Source of the DNA: Tubiluchus corallicola
Lineage: Eukaryota; Animalia; Priapulida
Assembly (NCBI GenBank): GCA_030141605.1
Contig: JAQGDQ010001313.1
Coordinates: 1-48,080 of the forward strand
Length of the DNA stretch: 48,080 nt
Reading direction: 5' to 3'
Shown: positions 1-12,131 of the stretch, one piece after another
Layout of the letters: the number at the start of each line of letters is the position of its first letter
Position numbering within the stretch: the stretch's first letter is position 1
The notes under the pieces: generated by a model
Databases searched by the model: none
What the model was told of the DNA's origin: nothing
Seen by the model: only the letters and a program-made list of their open reading frames with translations
Program-made: the position numbers and the translations under genes

Positions 1-727
1 AGATCTATTACTAGATTTAAAAAAATGCTAAAAAATCAAATTTTAAGTAAGTATCGGTGAGTAATCAAAATTTCTATCAGTATCCATCCTCACAGTAGTT
101 GCAAAACAGTGGTGTTAGCTTAATCAATTTATCTTAATTTTACATACTATTAAAAAATAATAGTCTTTCTATCTTTTATATCATCCCATATATGAGCTTC
201 ATTCATTACATCATTCCATTTTAAGCACTAATGTTTTTTTAATCACACGATTCACTTTAAATTTTCAGATTATCTCCATTACTTTTTTTCTTTCACTGTG
301 TGGGACAATCTAACAAGCCCTGCTTTTTGATTGCCCGCAACACATTTACCTTCGTATATAGGTGAACAGTGTTCGAGGCTTTTCCTGTGCAGTATTTCTT
401 ATTTGTATTACGTATATTGTAGGCCCGTTCGCTAGATATTGTACATGAAACTATTGTAAATGTGTAATGAGAAATAAATGACTTATGACTTATGACTAAA
501 TACACGGGCACCTATTGTACTAGCCTGGTATCGGCAAATTCACAAACCGAGATATGAGTGTAGCAGAACTTTGTATGGAAAGATTTTGGGAAGGTCTTTA
601 AAACTCTCTTTTCTTCCCTTTTAAAACTGCCTTCCTCCAGTTTTCATGCAAGCTTTATTGAGTGTATCAATTACAGAATTATTGATTTTTTTAGCTCTGA
701 TCAGTTTTGCATTCTTGCCATTTTCAG

Positions 728-850
728 CCGACCATGTGTGAGGTGATACCTGGCTACTGTGTCCGCATCAACACCGGCGCCCCCGTTCCCAAGGGAGCGG
801 ATGCTGTCGTGGAAGTTGAACAAACGAAGCTCATTAAAGATGCAGACGAG
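728..850 (+). CDS. GPHN: Gephyrin/cinnamon (MoeA-like E domain), internal coding exon; first exon visible in the window
   Basis: ttttcag|CCG...GAG|gtaagt; 123 nt; PTMCEVIPGYCVRINTGAPVPKGADAVVEVEQTKLIKDADE resembles gephyrin [26 protein letters not shown]. Confidence 0.95.
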
Positions 851-1149
851 GTAAGTTCGATTATTTCGTTTCACTTTGAAATGCACCTTGTTTTGTGTGC
901 CGTTCGGTGGTCTTCAGTCCAGGAACTGGTGCTACTTGATGTAGATGGTTGTGGCACAACGGGAACGTAGTTCAGTGTCCAGCTTAATCCTTCGAGTCTA
1001 AAGCGAGGCGCTGAACCAATGGAGGTGCCTCGGCCATGTTCAAATGTAATAACATGTAATAATAATTTTAATTTTTATGTTATAATAATAAAAATGTGCA
1101 TTCACCTGCTCTCAATGAGGCAACTATTGTCAAAGGCAGTGAAACTAGC

Positions 1150-1225
1150 CAAAACCAGTTTTCCCGGTGGCCACTCATCCAGTTACTGACCAGACTTGGT
1201 GTTACTTACTTCATTGCGTGAACAT
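1150..1225 (-). mobile_element. Degenerate 5S-rRNA-derived fragment (internal control region), probably a SINE head
   Basis: Minus strand AAGTAAGTAACACCAAGTCTGGTCAGTAACTGGATGAGTGGCCACCGGGAAA aligns loosely to the 5S A-box/IE/C-box segment. Confidence 0.45.
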
Positions 1226-1436
1226 ATGCTGTCATCACTTCACTGTGCTTGTGGTTGAACCGAAGCTTTCAGGGCATTTGTTACAACAAGTGAAACACAG
1301 ATGTTTTCTGGTCATGGGATTAGTCCTCCAACTTTGAAATAAGAGAGCAGCGCCGCCTACAGTGCAATTCACTAAACTAATGGAAATGAGACCACAGGCA
1401 TCCAAACAAGCTGTAAAACTCTTACTCCTCATTTAA

Positions 1437-2370
1437 AGGGGAAAAACGGGAATTTTAAAATACGTCCCGCAGAATTTTCCATTAAGAAATCATTATTACT
1501 TCACATTACACTTACCTTATGTAACTTTCACAAAGTAAAAGAAAATTCTTAATAATTTAAAATGTTCACTTCACCTGATAAAATGTCACTGTTTCGCAAT
1601 CCCAGTTTGCACCAGTGATTCACCAAAAAACCTATTATTAATCTTATTGACAAATTAAAGTAATTTAAATTTTTGGTTAGTTAGCAAAATGGTGTCACGG
1701 ATGCTTTGATTGTTTTGATTAAGTTTACGCATTGTTATTGCATTTCAAATCTAGTCTTGTTTCAAATGATTTACCCTCGAAGTTGCTTTGTAATTTTTTA
1801 GCTTTATGTAAGTAACGGGTTTTCTTGTGCTTTAAAGCAAAACTAGACCCAATGTTAAACTGTATGTCAAAATCTAATCATTAAAATATTGAAAGGAAAC
1901 ATTTTATATTTTTTCAAAATTGACTTACTTAAAAGAATTATTACCACACAAACTCAATTTCGCGTTCGCGCCTCTAATTCTTCACTGTTACCTGCATTTC
2001 ACCATTCGCTAGTTAGACGGGTGCTAGCACCTGCATTAGGGAAATGCATTGCACAAAAAACAGGTGCTGTACCCTCAGTTCAGATGTATTTGTTTGCTAG
2101 TTTTTGTACAACACATTGAATATCTTGCACTAGCACTGTATTTCAATTTTCGCTTTTGCAAATACGTGCAATGCACTTGTGGAATATTTTTGCTGTTGAA
2201 AATCATGTTAGTTTGTGATGTCATCAATAGTTAGGTTTGCTCCCGTTAATTAAGTTTTAATCTACTATTTAATTAGCAGAGACGCTTTTGCAGTATTAAT
2301 TGTGTTAAAATTTATAATTTTTATCGGATTTAAAAATGGAATAGTATATGAAAAATCATCCTGTCTTCCT
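1437..2370 (+). mobile_element. Composite TTAA-bounded non-autonomous DNA element (Kolobok-like): module L 1437-1831 plus module R 1836-2370
   Basis: TTAA|AGGG...GTGCT|TTAA|AGCAAAAC...TCCTGTCTTCCT|TTAA; both modules recur elsewhere in the window. Confidence 0.75.
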
Positions 2371-2680
2371 TTAAGTGGGCGCATTTTGGCCATGGAGCTC
2401 GTCATAGTTTTGATAAACCATCAAGCACTCTCAGAGTTAATGCATTAGACCACTTACTAACGTTGTAGCATGCAACAGTTTTAAAAATATGCGTATTGCA
2501 AATCGATTGTATGTGCTGTCATATATCATCTCATTAACCATTGGTTTCAATGCTTATAGTTCGAAATGCTGTAGGGCTCTTGAAAGTGTGAAATTCTCAA
2601 TCAAAAAATACGTTCAATTTTCCTAATTTTTAGTTCATTTGTTCTTCTTTTAAAACTTACCGGCCACAACTCGTTTGCAG

Positions 2681-2893
2681 GGTCGAACGGAACTCGAGGT
2701 TGAAATTCTCCAAGTTCCCCGGGTGGGGCAGGACATTAGAGAAGTGGGTTCAGACATCAAGGCGGGTGAGAAGATTTTGAGCAAAGGAACGTGGATCGGA
2801 CCTTCGGAGATCGGACTGCTAGCAACCCTGGGCAGTAATCACGTGAAAGTTTACCGTAAACCGACAGTCGTCGTCATGTCAACTGGTAACGAG
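2681..2893 (+). CDS. GPHN: Gephyrin internal coding exon
   Basis: ttgcag|GGT...GAG|gtcagt; 213 nt, phase 0/0; [10 protein letters not shown]...[15 protein letters not shown]...[12 protein letters not shown]...VVVMSTGNE (MoeA STGNE motif). Confidence 0.96.
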
Positions 2894-2924
2894 GTCAGTT
2901 TTTAAACTTTGATTGAAGCTAATT

Positions 2925-3393
2925 CAGGGGTGTGCAAATTGCGGCCCGCCGAGAGAATTTGTGCGGCCCGCGAAGAGATTTGTCAACCTAATGAAAGTGC
3001 GGCCCGGGCGATTAATTGAGTGTATCCAGCTGAAGTCTGTGCCACGATCCCAAAGATAGTGTGGGTAGTTTTTTCTACTAGATCGGATGCCATTAACACT
3101 TACAAAATGGTTGTAGCTTAATAACACTGTACTACACAGACTGTGTGTTACACATTACTAATATGCATTGTAATGAAATTACCACTATCTGTCCTGAAAG
3201 TAGAAATATATGGTTTGTAATATAAATTTTTAATAACTTCTAAAATAGTTTCTTGAGTGTAGTAGGTCGGATGCAAAAAAAATCATTATTAGGCCATTCT
3301 GTACTTGGCTCCTTGATCAAACTGCCTGTGGCCCTCAGGAATTGCGGGAAAGTTTAATGTGGCCCGGCTAGTCAGATAATTTGCACACCCCTG
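2925..3393. mobile_element. hAT-superfamily MITE (Charlie-like), 469 bp
   Basis: Perfect 16-bp TIR CAGGGGTGTGCAAATT; perfect 8-bp TSD AGCTAATT (2917-2924 and 3394-3401); subterminal GCGGCCC repeats. Confidence 0.93.
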
Positions 3394-4051
3394 AGCTAAT
3401 TGTTTATTGAATGTGCATATAGGATAAAGCCATGACTCCATGTAGGCCTAAGATAGAGTCTTTTAATGCCGCTCCGCAATCTAAAACTTTGTTCTAGCAA
3501 AAGTGTTACGGAAAGTAAAGATTGTTCCTCTACCATATAGAACGCATGGCTTCGTATTTGGCTTCGTTTAATGACGAGCAATTGTGTGTTCTTGGTACCA
3601 GGACTAAAGCTACGACTCCATTCACGCGTAATGCATGATGCGTGATCCGTAATGCAGTGACCTGTAATGCGTGATGTGTATTGACTGTTTCCGTGTGTCC
3701 GTAAATGCTGTGCGTATTAACAAAGCTCACGGCGCTCTTTCCGCTATTTCTGGTTGCTATTCGTGAAAATTTCAAGCAATAATTTTTGGAAACCATGTCC
3801 CTGTCGAAATTTGAGCGTGATAATTACGCTGCTGCATTAGCTTATTATTGTACTATTAGTAGGAAAAGAAAGCACAGGTTTTGGGTGAACAACATTTTAC
3901 AGGGGAAAGAACAATATGGCAGATATATCATTTAGTGAAAGAACTGCAGTTAGATGCACAACACAGAACTACATGCTTCTTCCATCTCTCAAAAACTCAA
4001 ATAGAAAAAACATTATTGTTTGTAGGTCTCAAAGTGACCAAAATTCACTTA

Positions 4052-4449
4052 ACTAGACCCAACTCCCGATTTTTTCAAAAATTTTGACCAAACAGCATGC
4101 GGAATAAACGTTATAGCAGCGCCTGGTGGGACTCTCGGAAGGAGATATATAGCTCTTTAGAAAGAGGAAGAACATTGCTACACGTTGACGTGGGCTGTAT
4201 TTTAGAACGTCTCCACTGTGACGAGCTGTGACGAATTGATTGGAGGTTCCATTTCTAGCATTTTTTGCTTGGAAAACTGGTGAGGCAAAGCCATTGTTCT
4301 GACGTCATCCATTATACTCTGTCTATAACTTAAATTCAGTAAAAACTGCTGGCTTGGCATTAGGTAAGTAAACAAGCACTAGGATGTTCGCGCATTTTTG
4401 ATTATAAGTGGATTTTTACGCAAAATTTTTTTGCGAGGCCTGTGCTAGT
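4052..4449 (+). mobile_element. Dispersed repeat, Helitron/Helentron-like non-autonomous element
   Basis: Homologous to 25783-26263 and 8222-8351; all copies end at GGCCT..CTAG; no TSD seen. Confidence 0.6.
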
Positions 4450-4949
4450 TAAATAAATAATTCTGCATTTCACGTGTTTTAGGAGTAGACGTTCAAAGAA
4501 TTGTTCTTTTTTTGCCAACTTTTGAACCCGTGATCATCACTACACGCGCTTGCTATTTAAGTTATTCATCGATTCGAAAGTTAAAGTAACTTATCATTTT
4601 CATGAACTCGATCGATAAACACCGTCCAGATTTTTAATGACCATGAACTCGAATCTTTAAGCTTTTTATATGTATTTATGTGTGATTTATGAATATATAT
4701 ATATTGTTAGCTATACTGGATGCCTAAGAATCGTATACCTGGCTTTAATAACAGCAAAATAAAACTCATTTACATAATCTTTTAACAGTTTAACCTTCTC
4801 TAAGCTTATTATTATGATTTTAACAACTAACATACATGTAAGTTTTGTTTTATGTTCAAGTTGTTACTCATTAAATGCATCAAAATAGTATATAATTATT
4901 CATAATATGCTATTTTAATATAGCTCTATGTAATTTAAACATACACTAC

Positions 4950-5355
4950 TGTCGTTTCCTCCCCTCCCTTCCGTCCTATAGGCTATATCTAACCTTACTA
5001 TTTTTCCCATTCCATGATGGCTACTGACCCTAGCCATTCTTTCATTCACTCATCCTCCCCGCCCTTCCTTCTTCCTATCTCTAATCTTACTATTTTTTCC
5101 ATTCCATCATGTTTACTAACCCTAACCATTCTTTCATTCGCTCATCCTTCCCTCCTTTCCTTCTTCCTATCTCTAATCTTACTATTTTTTTCCATTCCAT
5201 CATTTCTTCTGACCCTAGCCATTCTTTCATTCACTCATCCTCCCCCCTCCCCTTTCTTCTTCCTATCCCTAATCTTATATTTTTTCCATTCCATCATTTC
5301 TTCTGACCCTAACCATTCTTTCATTCACTCATTCGTGCCACCTTAACAAGCCAAG
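4950..5355 (+). repeat. Pyrimidine-rich minisatellite, about 93-bp unit, about 4 copies
   Basis: CCATTCTTTCATTC recurs at 5034, 5126, 5219 and 5313; a 2-unit version with the same flanks lies at 8000-8207. Confidence 0.85.
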
Positions 5356-6582
5356 CTGTCAAGGTGTCATACAGCAACTCCTTTATTTGGTTAATTTGAC
5401 TTCATCAACGTTTTTTTACCTATACTGTTTCTTTTTTTCTCAATAATATTGTATGTTGATGTATTGTATATGTATTGCTGGAGTGATATAAATTGATTAA
5501 TTGATTGAAAGTCACGTTAATAAAACTTAGATTAGCTAAGTGTGATATGCAGTTGCATGCTAGTGGCTAAACATGTCTACTAGTTGACTGCTTTTAAGAT
5601 ATAAGCAAATATTTACTTTAAAACAAACACAGTCTGTGTAAACTCTCCTCATTAGATTAAAAAACAAAAGCTATATTTAAATTATAAAATATTAATTTTA
5701 TTGTAACAATAATTTGTCTGACAAACATAGGGAAATCTGAAGAGGAAAATGCTGACACAAACCATTCTCTCGGTTATATTTCATTCGCAATACAATATTA
5801 CTGTCGACAAACGCAACATCTAACAGTAATGCTGGCTATTGTGCACACATAATGAATGTGTATATCATATTATATTATTATGGCATATTATTATGTTAAT
5901 ATTATAAAATGGTCGTCTATCTGCTTTACACACAATCACCAACCTGAAAAGTTTAGCATCATTTCAACTTCTTCATTTTCTAATCTCTGACATGATCAAT
6001 CTTATTGCTTCGCAAAGACTTACATCTCTAACTAGTGTAATTGTTTTTCTACCTATTCTTATCTATAGCAACACACTTAGCAATAGAGTTACTGGAACTT
6101 ATACTTGGCCACGTTTCTCAACTTGAACCAAGATTAATTCACAATTTCAGTTTTGTCGTATGGAGTAAAAGCAGATTTATAGATCACAAAGAATTGTCTA
6201 GTTTGTTGTAAGTAACTAAGACCGAGCAATAATAGTTTTAATAGTACTTCACAATTAGCAGCACTTGGTATAGAATCTTTAGTAATAAGGCAACAAACTT
6301 TCATCCAAATTTCACCACAAAGTAACGAAGAATGTTGCCAGTACTGAGCTGCTTTTAAATATCCTTCTTTTAAATTGAAACTGCCTTTCCTGAGTCACTG
6401 GTGTTGATAGTCTTAAACTTGCACACGTTGCATTATTTTGTGTAGAATCATCAAATTTTTGACTAATATATCACAGTGTTTAAAAGGTAAACCTTGAAAT
6501 TAGGTTTGTTTATGCAAAATGCCTGTTTTGAGCATAATATAAACATTAGCTGTTTACCAGAAACATTTTTGTTTGTGTAGTA

Positions 6583-6768
6583 GCCCTCTAGCAATTGGCT
6601 GCCTTGTGCAGCTCATCCGCCTAGTGTCGAGATACAGTGTGGGCATCACGCAAGCCTACAGCACCTGGTATTCCTTGGCGTTCGCCCATCCAATTACTAA
6701 CCAGGCTCTATGTTGCTTAACTTTGGTGATCAGACGAGAAACAGTGGTGCTATTTTATATATTGTAGG
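6583..6768 (-). mobile_element. 5S-rRNA-derived SINE (SINE3), short copy
   Basis: Minus strand TCTCGTCTGATCACCAAAGTTAAGCAAC...CCTGGTTAGTAATTGGATGGG...GGAATACCAGGTGCTGTAGGCTT plus about 70 nt of body shared with 24744-24811. Confidence 0.88.
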
Positions 6769-7959
6769 AGTATATTATACTTAGAAACACACTACATTTT
6801 TACACTGACCCAACTTATCCAACATTTAGGTGCTGGGTTCAACTCTCCTAATTTTACTTTTTTAATGCACTGTTTGTCTAAGCGCATACTATAGTTTTTC
6901 TCTATGTCTGATTGGATGCATTTGTATGATTGTTAACAACAGACAAATTATTTTTTCAAATTATCATTAGAATAATACAATAAAATGAGGCACTGAACTG
7001 GCCGAGGTGTCTCAGCCATGTGTGGGTCATGATTAATCATCCTCGCTCAACCAAAAAATTCATTTCAGTGCAAGAGATATGCATTTGAATGTAACAAACA
7101 ACAAATTCAGCAAACACAATGCAGAAATGAAAAGAAAATTAAAAACTTCAAAGGAACGATATTTTTAACAACAAACTCAATGCAATTAAAAAAGTTTACA
7201 GGCAAAAATGAAAAACGAAATCAACATTTAAAAAAACTGTTCAAAAATTCTAAAATTGAAATTCTAAGAATGTTTTTCTTTTCATAACTTTAAACTAGTG
7301 AACTGCCACATGAGTCAGGTAGCAAGGCTAAGAAACCACAAACTTCTAGTGAGGACAAATTCATAATTAAACTCTTTTACCATTTACTATTTCCTTACGC
7401 ATGTATAAGACGTTACCCAGCTAACCTGCTAGCACCGTAGAGGGTGGTACTTGTTTACAGGGCGCATCTATCTATACGCAAACTAGGCTGTAGTTTAGAG
7501 CACCAAATTTTGAGGGGCGCCAGAAAGGTTTAGGGACCCAGTGTAAAAAATTCTCCACAGGCAATGCGTATTCTTTCATCTAAAGCACGTATTTCATAAT
7601 TCACTTAGTTTCAGAGGCCGTTTTTATATAAGTGTTATAATAGCAAACAAAGGTTCAATTCAAAAATGGTAGTACACCACAAGCACTTGTTCAGCCTGCT
7701 TTGGATATAAGCATTGTGTAAGTACATGTAATTCACAACAACGACATAGGTAATATTGATAAATTACAACTTAATTGTGTACTGCAGTTCATAATATAGA
7801 TAACCATAAATCCGTAAGAGAGATGCGCAGGCTGATATGTCAGCTAAGGGTGTCATAACGTTGTGATTCGCCTTTACTTACAGCAATTATTGTGAAATAT
7901 TTTACCAAGTTGTATGAAGAGTGCAGTTGCAATATATATATGGCCTCCAATCAATTATA

Positions 7960-8351
7960 ATGCTATTTTAATATAGTTGTATGTAAATAAAACACACTGT
8001 GGTCGTTTCTCCTCCTTCTTCCTATCCCTAATCTTGCTATTTTTCCCATTCCATTATTTCTTCTGAGCCTAACCATTCTTTCATTCACTCATCCTCCCCT
8101 CTTTTCCTTTTTCCTATCCCTAATCTTACTATTTTTTTGGTTCCATTATTTCTTCTGACCCTAACCATTCTTTCATTCACTGATTTGTACCACCTTGACA
8201 AGCCAAGTTTACAACTTTAATTAAGTAAAAGCTGCTGCTGCTGGCTTGGCATTTGGTAAACAAACGAACACTAGGTAGGATGTTCACACATTGATCATAT
8301 GTTGATCATAAGTGGATTTATAGGCAAAATTTTTTGCGAGGCCTTTCCTAG
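7960..8351 (+). mobile_element. Second copy of the 93-bp-unit cassette followed by the 3' end of the Helitron-like repeat
   Basis: 7960-8207 matches 4910-5355 with two units; 8222-8351 matches about 4340-4449. Confidence 0.7.
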
Positions 8352-8793
8352 CTCAAAATTAAAATGCATATAACTTCACATTCCGTGAAACAGTTTTGTA
8401 AAATTGTATAACAGATACATAGGTCCACTACTTACATTTCTTGTTATATTTTTTTGTGATGAATGTATATGTGTATGAATATTTGTACCTGCAAATAGAG
8501 GTAAATAAAAGACTTATAATAATGAAAAAATAGGTGGCAGCACATGCGTGACTGAGTCACTTAGTCGAGTCAGGAAAGTTGAAAATATTTAAGATTTTCG
8601 TCTTTCGTTTGCTATTGAAATTATTTTTTAAAAGTTGCAAAAGTTTTAAATGACCAGAAGTAGTTCGCAATTCACGAAACAAACGTCCTTATTGCCTTTT
8701 TTTGTCAAGCACAAATTAATTTTCTATTACTTCATCGAGATCTGTTCCAAAGAGAAGCAGGTTTGAGAAACATTTAGTATTATGTCGTTGCAG

Positions 8794-8918
8794 CTAGTCG
8801 AAGCAGATCACCATCATTTGAAGCCGGGAATGATCCGGGATAGTAATCGGCCCATGCTGCTCGCTGCGCTGAAGAAAAATGGCTTTAATGCAGTGGACGG
8901 TGGGATAGCAGCCGACGC
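8794..8918 (+). CDS. GPHN: Gephyrin internal coding exon (absent from the ORF track)
   Basis: ttgcag|CTA...GC|gtaagt; 125 nt, phase 0/2; LVEADHHHLKPGMIRDSNRPMLLAALKKNGFNAVDGGIAAD (IRDSN motif). Confidence 0.95.
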
Positions 8919-9443
8919 GTAAGTTTGACTTAAGCATTTCAACCCAATTCCGGATGTTTTTTAACCAATGCACGTCTTTCCGTTTATTGAATTAACATCT
9001 TGTATACACATTACACTAATGTATCTAAAGCTAAAAGAGGTCGTAAGTATTTGCCACAAAATTCATGCTTGTTGTGGTTTACCGGATGAAACACATTGCA
9101 TATCCATGCAGCAGTGTTAACACATCTGTATGAGAAAGGGGTTTTTTATTCGTGAGACTCTGATAAAATAGTTTAGCAGTCTCTAGTTAATTTACTTATT
9201 ATTCATTATGTACTCAAATGGTACAGTACATATTAGTATAGTTCTGTGTTCAAATCCAGGCTGCGTTCCAATTTTCCCCATTCTTTTGTTTTTCGAGTTT
9301 CAGTGAAAAGTTAATGCATCCTGAATTTTTACCATCATTATTAATAATCTTGACATTAAATTATAATAATTAATTAGCCATCTTTATCTGCACATGTGAT
9401 GTATTTATACATATTTTGACTTAATTGTTTCGTCTTTACTTAG

Positions 9444-9531
9444 TCCAGATGCATTGATGACAAGTTTAAAGGAGGCAATGACAAAAGGTGACGTGGTTCT
9501 AACAACAGGTGGCGTGTCCATGGGAGAAAAG
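9444..9531 (+). CDS. GPHN: Gephyrin internal coding exon (absent from the ORF track)
   Basis: cttag|T CCA...AAG|gtaaga; 88 nt, phase 2/0; PDALMTSLKEAMTKGDVVLTTGGVSMGEK (GGVSMG motif). Confidence 0.95.
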
Positions 9532-10073
9532 GTAAGAATTCGAAATCAGGTTTTGCTTATGGTTAAATTATAACATTCATATTACATATTAAATATTTCA
9601 TATTCCACTTTGAAGTACTGTAAATGGTATTCGTTTTAAACAAAGACTAAACTAATTATTTAATTATTATTATAAATTGCCAATGCATAATTAAATAATA
9701 GGCTAGAAATTTGATTAACGACCGAGGAGGCCAGTTTGTGATGTTTATACGTAAGTATATGATGCAGCAACTGTAAGCTGTGTTGCAATTATCAAGACAT
9801 TCCATTATTTTCTTCTTACAGTACAGTAACCAAAATTTCCGTGCATTTTTTTTGCACCACCTGGTATAAGCAACACTTATTAACATTTATTATACTGGAC
9901 TGACCTCACAGTTATCAAACTTTTAAAACCGGTTAAACTTCCTGTAGTTGTTAAATTGTTTTTCTGTTCTTCGTTTTTCTCTTCACTTACTTATTTTCTT
10001 TTACCATGTTGGTTTCTTTTTCTTCAGAAAGTATTATCTTATTCGGCACGTTATTTCTCCTACTTTTTTGCAG

Positions 10074-10147
10074 GATTTACTAAAGCAAGTGTTGGCCATC
10101 GATTTTAGAGCAAAGATTCATTTTGGACGAGTGTTTATGAAGCCCGG
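10074..10147 (+). CDS. GPHN: Gephyrin internal coding exon
   Basis: ttttgcag|GAT...GG|gtacga; 74 nt, phase 0/2; [25 protein letters not shown]. Confidence 0.95.
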
Positions 10148-10690
10148 GTACGAAGTCATTTGATTAAATTTAACGAGATTCACTGTAAAGTAACGGGATC
10201 GTAATACAGTAAACTGCACACGACTCGACACCTTTTACAACTCAAACTATCACATAGCTCAAACCAAATTCCAATTTATAATTGATAAGAATCTAACTGA
10301 CATTTCCTCTCCTGTCTCAAACAACCTCCCAAGCGAGACATCCCGTGTGAAAGTGTGCACCACATTACGATTTTAACTGATTCTGTGACTCGCATCTTGG
10401 TTTGCTGAACAAAAACGGGGAGACGACGGTCCGACTTTTTCGATTGTCCGTTTTTACCGATGCTAAGCTAACGAAATAGGCGTTTGAAATGTTGATTAAT
10501 GTTTCCTGTGCTTTTTAATGTTTAAACACTGTTTCTATTGAAGATACCAATACATAAACTCTTTATTTTATCCATCATTTTTACATTGTTAGTCCATGTG
10601 AGTGCTTGTATATGTGGGGGCGCTAGTGCGCTGCTTTGCCCGGGTTGCTCTTAAGACTGCGTTCCAATGTAATAGAGTTATCGTATTTGT

Positions 10691-11178
10691 CAGGGATGAG
10701 AATTTTCCACGTTTTTCAGAGTTTTTGAAGGACCAGTAGTGCCATTTTTGTAAATCTCGTAAATTTGTTGAGAAAATTTTTATGGACCCAGTATGTTATT
10801 TCACAAGCTGACCGCTAGTTGGCAGGTTGTCACTCTGTTTACATCACGTACATCAGTGTAACCACGTGTATATCTCCATGTATAAAAATATAGAATCAAT
10901 TGTGCGGAGTTATTTGAGTCAAATGCAGACAGTTTTTATATACTTTTGCATAGGAGCAGCCAGTACTTGGGCATTTTTGAGACAATTAGGTATCATGTAT
11001 CCTTGATAGTTGGGTATTTTAAATTATGCATGAAACAAGGTAATTGATATTTTAAGTCCACTTAGAGGGTCTCTACGGTCACAAAATTGCAGTTTGTTGC
11101 TGGCTCCAAGAGAGCTTCGCGGCCCCTAAACCCCTGGCATGTTTCAGAGTTTTTTGCAATTTGTCGTTCTCATCCCTG
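10691..11178. mobile_element. hAT-like MITE flanked by a long direct duplication rather than an 8-bp TSD
   Basis: Perfect 12-bp TIR CAGGGATGAGAA / TTCTCATCCCTG. Confidence 0.8.
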
Positions 11179-11247
11179 CCGGGGGCTTATGATGGTCTTC
11201 AGACTGCCTTCCAATGTAATAGAATTATCGTATTTGTTTGTTTGCAG

Positions 11248-11315
11248 AAAACCAACTACTTTTGCTACCGTAGCGCACTCATCAGGGAGCAATAAGCTAT
11301 TCTTTGGTTTGCCAG
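11248..11315 (+). CDS. GPHN: Gephyrin internal coding exon
   Basis: tttgcag|A AAA...G|gtaaat; 68 nt, phase 2/1; KPTTFATVAHSSGSNKLFFGLPG. Confidence 0.94.
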
Positions 11316-11654
11316 GTAAATTCATTTGTTTACTACAAAGAGAAATGGTAAAATGGTCTTACGTGTACGTAACAATTGTACTTCCTACTGATTGGGTTCG
11401 AGAAACTTCTACAATTAAAAATATAATCTACGATTTTTTTCAAAGTTTGGCTTTGAAGTAAATTTCTGTCCTGCTGCCATCTGGTGGCAAATGTTTGGCA
11501 AGTATGAATGCTTGTTTGCATTATCAACATTCGAAAGAAAAGGGAATCTTAATGTAGTTCCTAAAGGACGTTTCACACAAGGTTTTCTGTGTTACTTAGC
11601 ATTGCGCTTACCTGTTTGAAAGACTTTTGTAATTGGAAAAGAAAATTCTTGCTG

Positions 11655-12131
11655 CAGTGGAACCTCGACTTACGAAAACCCAATTATACGAGAAATTCAG
11701 AATACTAATCAGGCTTCGAAGAAATTTCCGTCCCGTTTAACGAACAATATATTCAAGATACGAAAATGAAAATGGAAAATGCCGCCCTCCCAGAATGCAT
11801 TTCGTGGCACCACATGAACGCTTTGTTGTGCGCAAGACGTGAATGCTTCGAAAGGTAAAATGTCATTATTCGTAACAACATTTATTATTATTTTTCACTG
11901 ATTTTATTATTTTCTCATTGTTTTTTAACATTTATGTAAATGATTATGTTGTCATTAGTGAACATATTTCTTTCGGGTGGGTGGGTACAATATTAACACT
12001 TTATACGACTATTTTTTTGGGCTGGAACGAATTACCCCATTTATAGGGTAAATCTTGTCTCATAATACAAAAATTCTAAGATACGAAAGCCCATCCAGAA
12101 CGAGTGAATTTCGTATATCGAGGTATCACTG
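11655..12131. mobile_element. pogo/Tigger-like (Tc1/mariner) MITE nested in a module-L copy (about 11590-12258)
   Basis: TIR CAGTGGAACCTCGACTTACGAA vs CAGTGATACCTCGATATACGAA (18/22); TG/TA flanks; removing it rejoins sequence matching about 45570-45765. Confidence 0.88.

Noticed and set aside
1889-2234. Similar short ORFs recurring at 15089-15484 and 31454-32083
   Set aside because: They are translations of module R repeat copies; frames are not preserved between copies and show no transposase motifs.
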